From Vulcanimicrobiota bacterium (GTDB lineage: Bacteria; Vulcanimicrobiota; Vulcanimicrobiia; Vulcanimicrobiales; Vulcanimicrobiaceae), in assembly GCA_963795855.1 (NCBI GenBank), contig CAWCIZ010000002.1:639452-703451 (forward strand): a DNA stretch of 64,000 nt. Direction: 5' to 3'. Positions 62,508-64,000 of this stretch are shown one piece after another. The position numbers and the translations under genes were made by a program. A model generated the notes under the pieces. That model did no database searches, was not told where the DNA came from, and saw only the letters and a program-made list of their open reading frames with translations. Position 1 is the stretch's first letter; every line of letters begins with the position of its first letter.

Positions 62508-62529
62508 ACCGTTACCTCGATTCATTGAT

Positions 62530-62567
62530 AACAAAAAGCCGCTCGGCGCGGCTGCGCCGAACGGCTT
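62530..62567 (-). terminator. Intrinsic terminator lying just upstream of the 62507 start
   Basis: 14-bp stem (one G-U on the minus strand), AGCC loop, UUUUUGUU tail. Confidence 0.8.
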
Positions 62568-62737
62568 GCGTGAACTTTTGAACGCTTGAGGCGTCATGTC
62601 GATGGCTTCCCCGAAACCCGCGGCGGGTCCTCGGGTAAGGGAGGCCAGAAGCATGTGTGAAACTTTGAATCGCGGGGCGGTGTTGGGACACGTGTATGAG
62701 CGTGCTTGCGGCACCACTCCTGACGAGGGAGTATATC

Positions 62738-63359
62738 GTGCCAACGTCGGCACCTAAGAAGCCCGCCGACGGACCGGGGCGCCCCGGAATCGAACGGTTC
62801 GACAAAATCGTGGACGAGTTTCAACGCCGTCTCTACGGTTTCGCCTTGCGTATGACGGGCAACCGGGAGGACGCCGAGGAGATCGTCCAGGATGCGTTCG
62901 TGCGCGCCTACCGTGCCCTCGGCAAAATGTCCGACGAGCAACGGGCGGAGCTTCGGCTCCAGCCCTGGCTGTATACGATTACGCTCAACGTGACGCGCAA
63001 TCGCTTGCGCAGTAAGCGGCCGACGAACGTGGCTTTGGACGCCTTGGCGGATGCCGACGCACTGCTCCGCGGCAGCGCGGTTCGCGAGTCCCCTCCGCAG
63101 CCGGAGAAAATCGTCGAGCAGAAGGCCGATATGGCGCTCGTCGAGCGCGCACTGTTACAACTTCCCATGCATTTGCGCGCTGCCGCTACGCTGCGCTTCA
63201 TCGAAGGGCGCAGTCATCCGGAGATCGCCGAGATTCTCGACCAGCCGATCGGGACCGTGAAGTCGCACGTGCATCGCGCCGTGCGAATTCTTCGGCGCAT
63301 TCTGGGTCCGCAAATAGGAAAAATCGTTCCCGAAGGAGCACATTCATGCGTTGTCGTGA
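62738..63359 (+). CDS. ECF RNA polymerase sigma factor (missing from ORF track; likely indel near its stop)
   Basis: GAGGGAG before GTG; LYGFALRMTGNREDAEEIVQDAFVRAY, WLYTITLN, EIAEILDQPIGTVKSHVHRA. Confidence 0.92.
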
Positions 63360-64000
63360 AGTCGAGGCGCTGTGGGATGAAATTCGCGACTGCACGTCGA
63401 CGCTGCGCGAAGCCGTCCATGCGCATCTGCACGAATGTCCGCCGTGCCAAGACTTGTACGAACAATATGAAGGCGTGGCATACTGCCTCTCGAGCCTGCC
63501 CCCGCCCGAACCATCGTGCGATTTGGCGAAAAAAATCGTGCAGCACATCGCGGCGCTCGCTATCGCGCGGCGCCCATCGCGCTTACGAGCATCGAAACGC
63601 CGATCGGACGCGTGTACGTCGGATTCAAAGAGACGCGCATCGCGTTCATCGGTCTGGATCGCGGCGAGCCGGCGGAGTCCGTGCGCCAATACATCGAACA
63701 CCGCCTGCATCGTCCCGTCCGGCCGGGGAAGCGCCGCCGTGGCTGAAAAACTCTTCGACGACTTCTTCAAGACCTGGCACGTGGACGAAAGCGTCGTCGA
63801 CATCAGCGACCTCACGCCGTTCGAGCAAGCCGCGCTCAAAGCCGCGGCGCAAATCCCGCCGGGCGAAGTGCGCAGCTACGCGTGGGTCGCGCAAACGATC
63901 GGACGTCCGAAAGCGGCCGAGCAGTCGGACAAGTGATGGCGCGCAATCCGCTTCCGCTTTTCTTTCCGTGCCATCGCGTGGTCGATTCGAGCGGAGATTT
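63346..64000 (+). CDS. zf-HC2 (ZAS) anti-sigma domain fused to methylated-DNA-protein-cysteine methyltransferase (frameshifted, 3' end outside window)
   Basis: MRC...[23 protein letters not shown]...[26 protein letters not shown]. Confidence 0.88.

Noticed and set aside
62738..64000. Sigma-factor frame runs without a stop to the window end, suggesting a sigma fusion protein
   Set aside because: Past 63340 that frame is mostly nonsense-like, and the downstream gene has its own SD and ATG. One indel near 63340 would use TGA 63357-63359.

Overview
A GC-rich bacterial chromosomal segment with about 55 densely packed genes. I saw no rRNA, tRNA, CRISPR array, transposase or prophage. It carries outer-membrane proteins (TolC, a beta-barrel), Gram-positive-type SufU, copper-amine-oxidase-N-like domains and hopanoid genes. 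That mix suggests a diderm Terrabacteria soil lineage such as Eremiobacterota/Vulcanimicrobiota (inference only). Main blocks: a hopanoid cluster (prenyl synthase, fni, hpnCDE, shc, hpnH, hpnA, hpnG; divergent hpnK-hpnI); fumC; tandem M55 peptidases; a DRE-TIM synthase plus ndh; four tandem peptide-binding lipoproteins behind an adaptor/TolC pair; a secreted/envelope cluster; tldD/tldE; folD; a SufR-like/IscU-like pair divergent from sufCDSU (no sufB); GH125; and an ECF sigma factor. About 27.3-46.4 kb and the last 0.7 kb are full of single-base indels, most likely long-read errors. Most interesting signals: (1) the ECF sigma factor is followed by a zinc anti-sigma domain fused to an O6-alkylguanine DNA methyltransferase, a candidate alkylation-sensing switch; (2) five to seven genes appear to start at non-canonical codons (ATA, ACG, CTG, ATC, possibly ATT), most behind well-spaced Shine-Dalgarno sequences; (3) a 28-bp RNA helix with strand-specific G-U pairs brings the hpnH stop next to the hpnA start; (4) a terminator-containing structured leader precedes an unknown gene.
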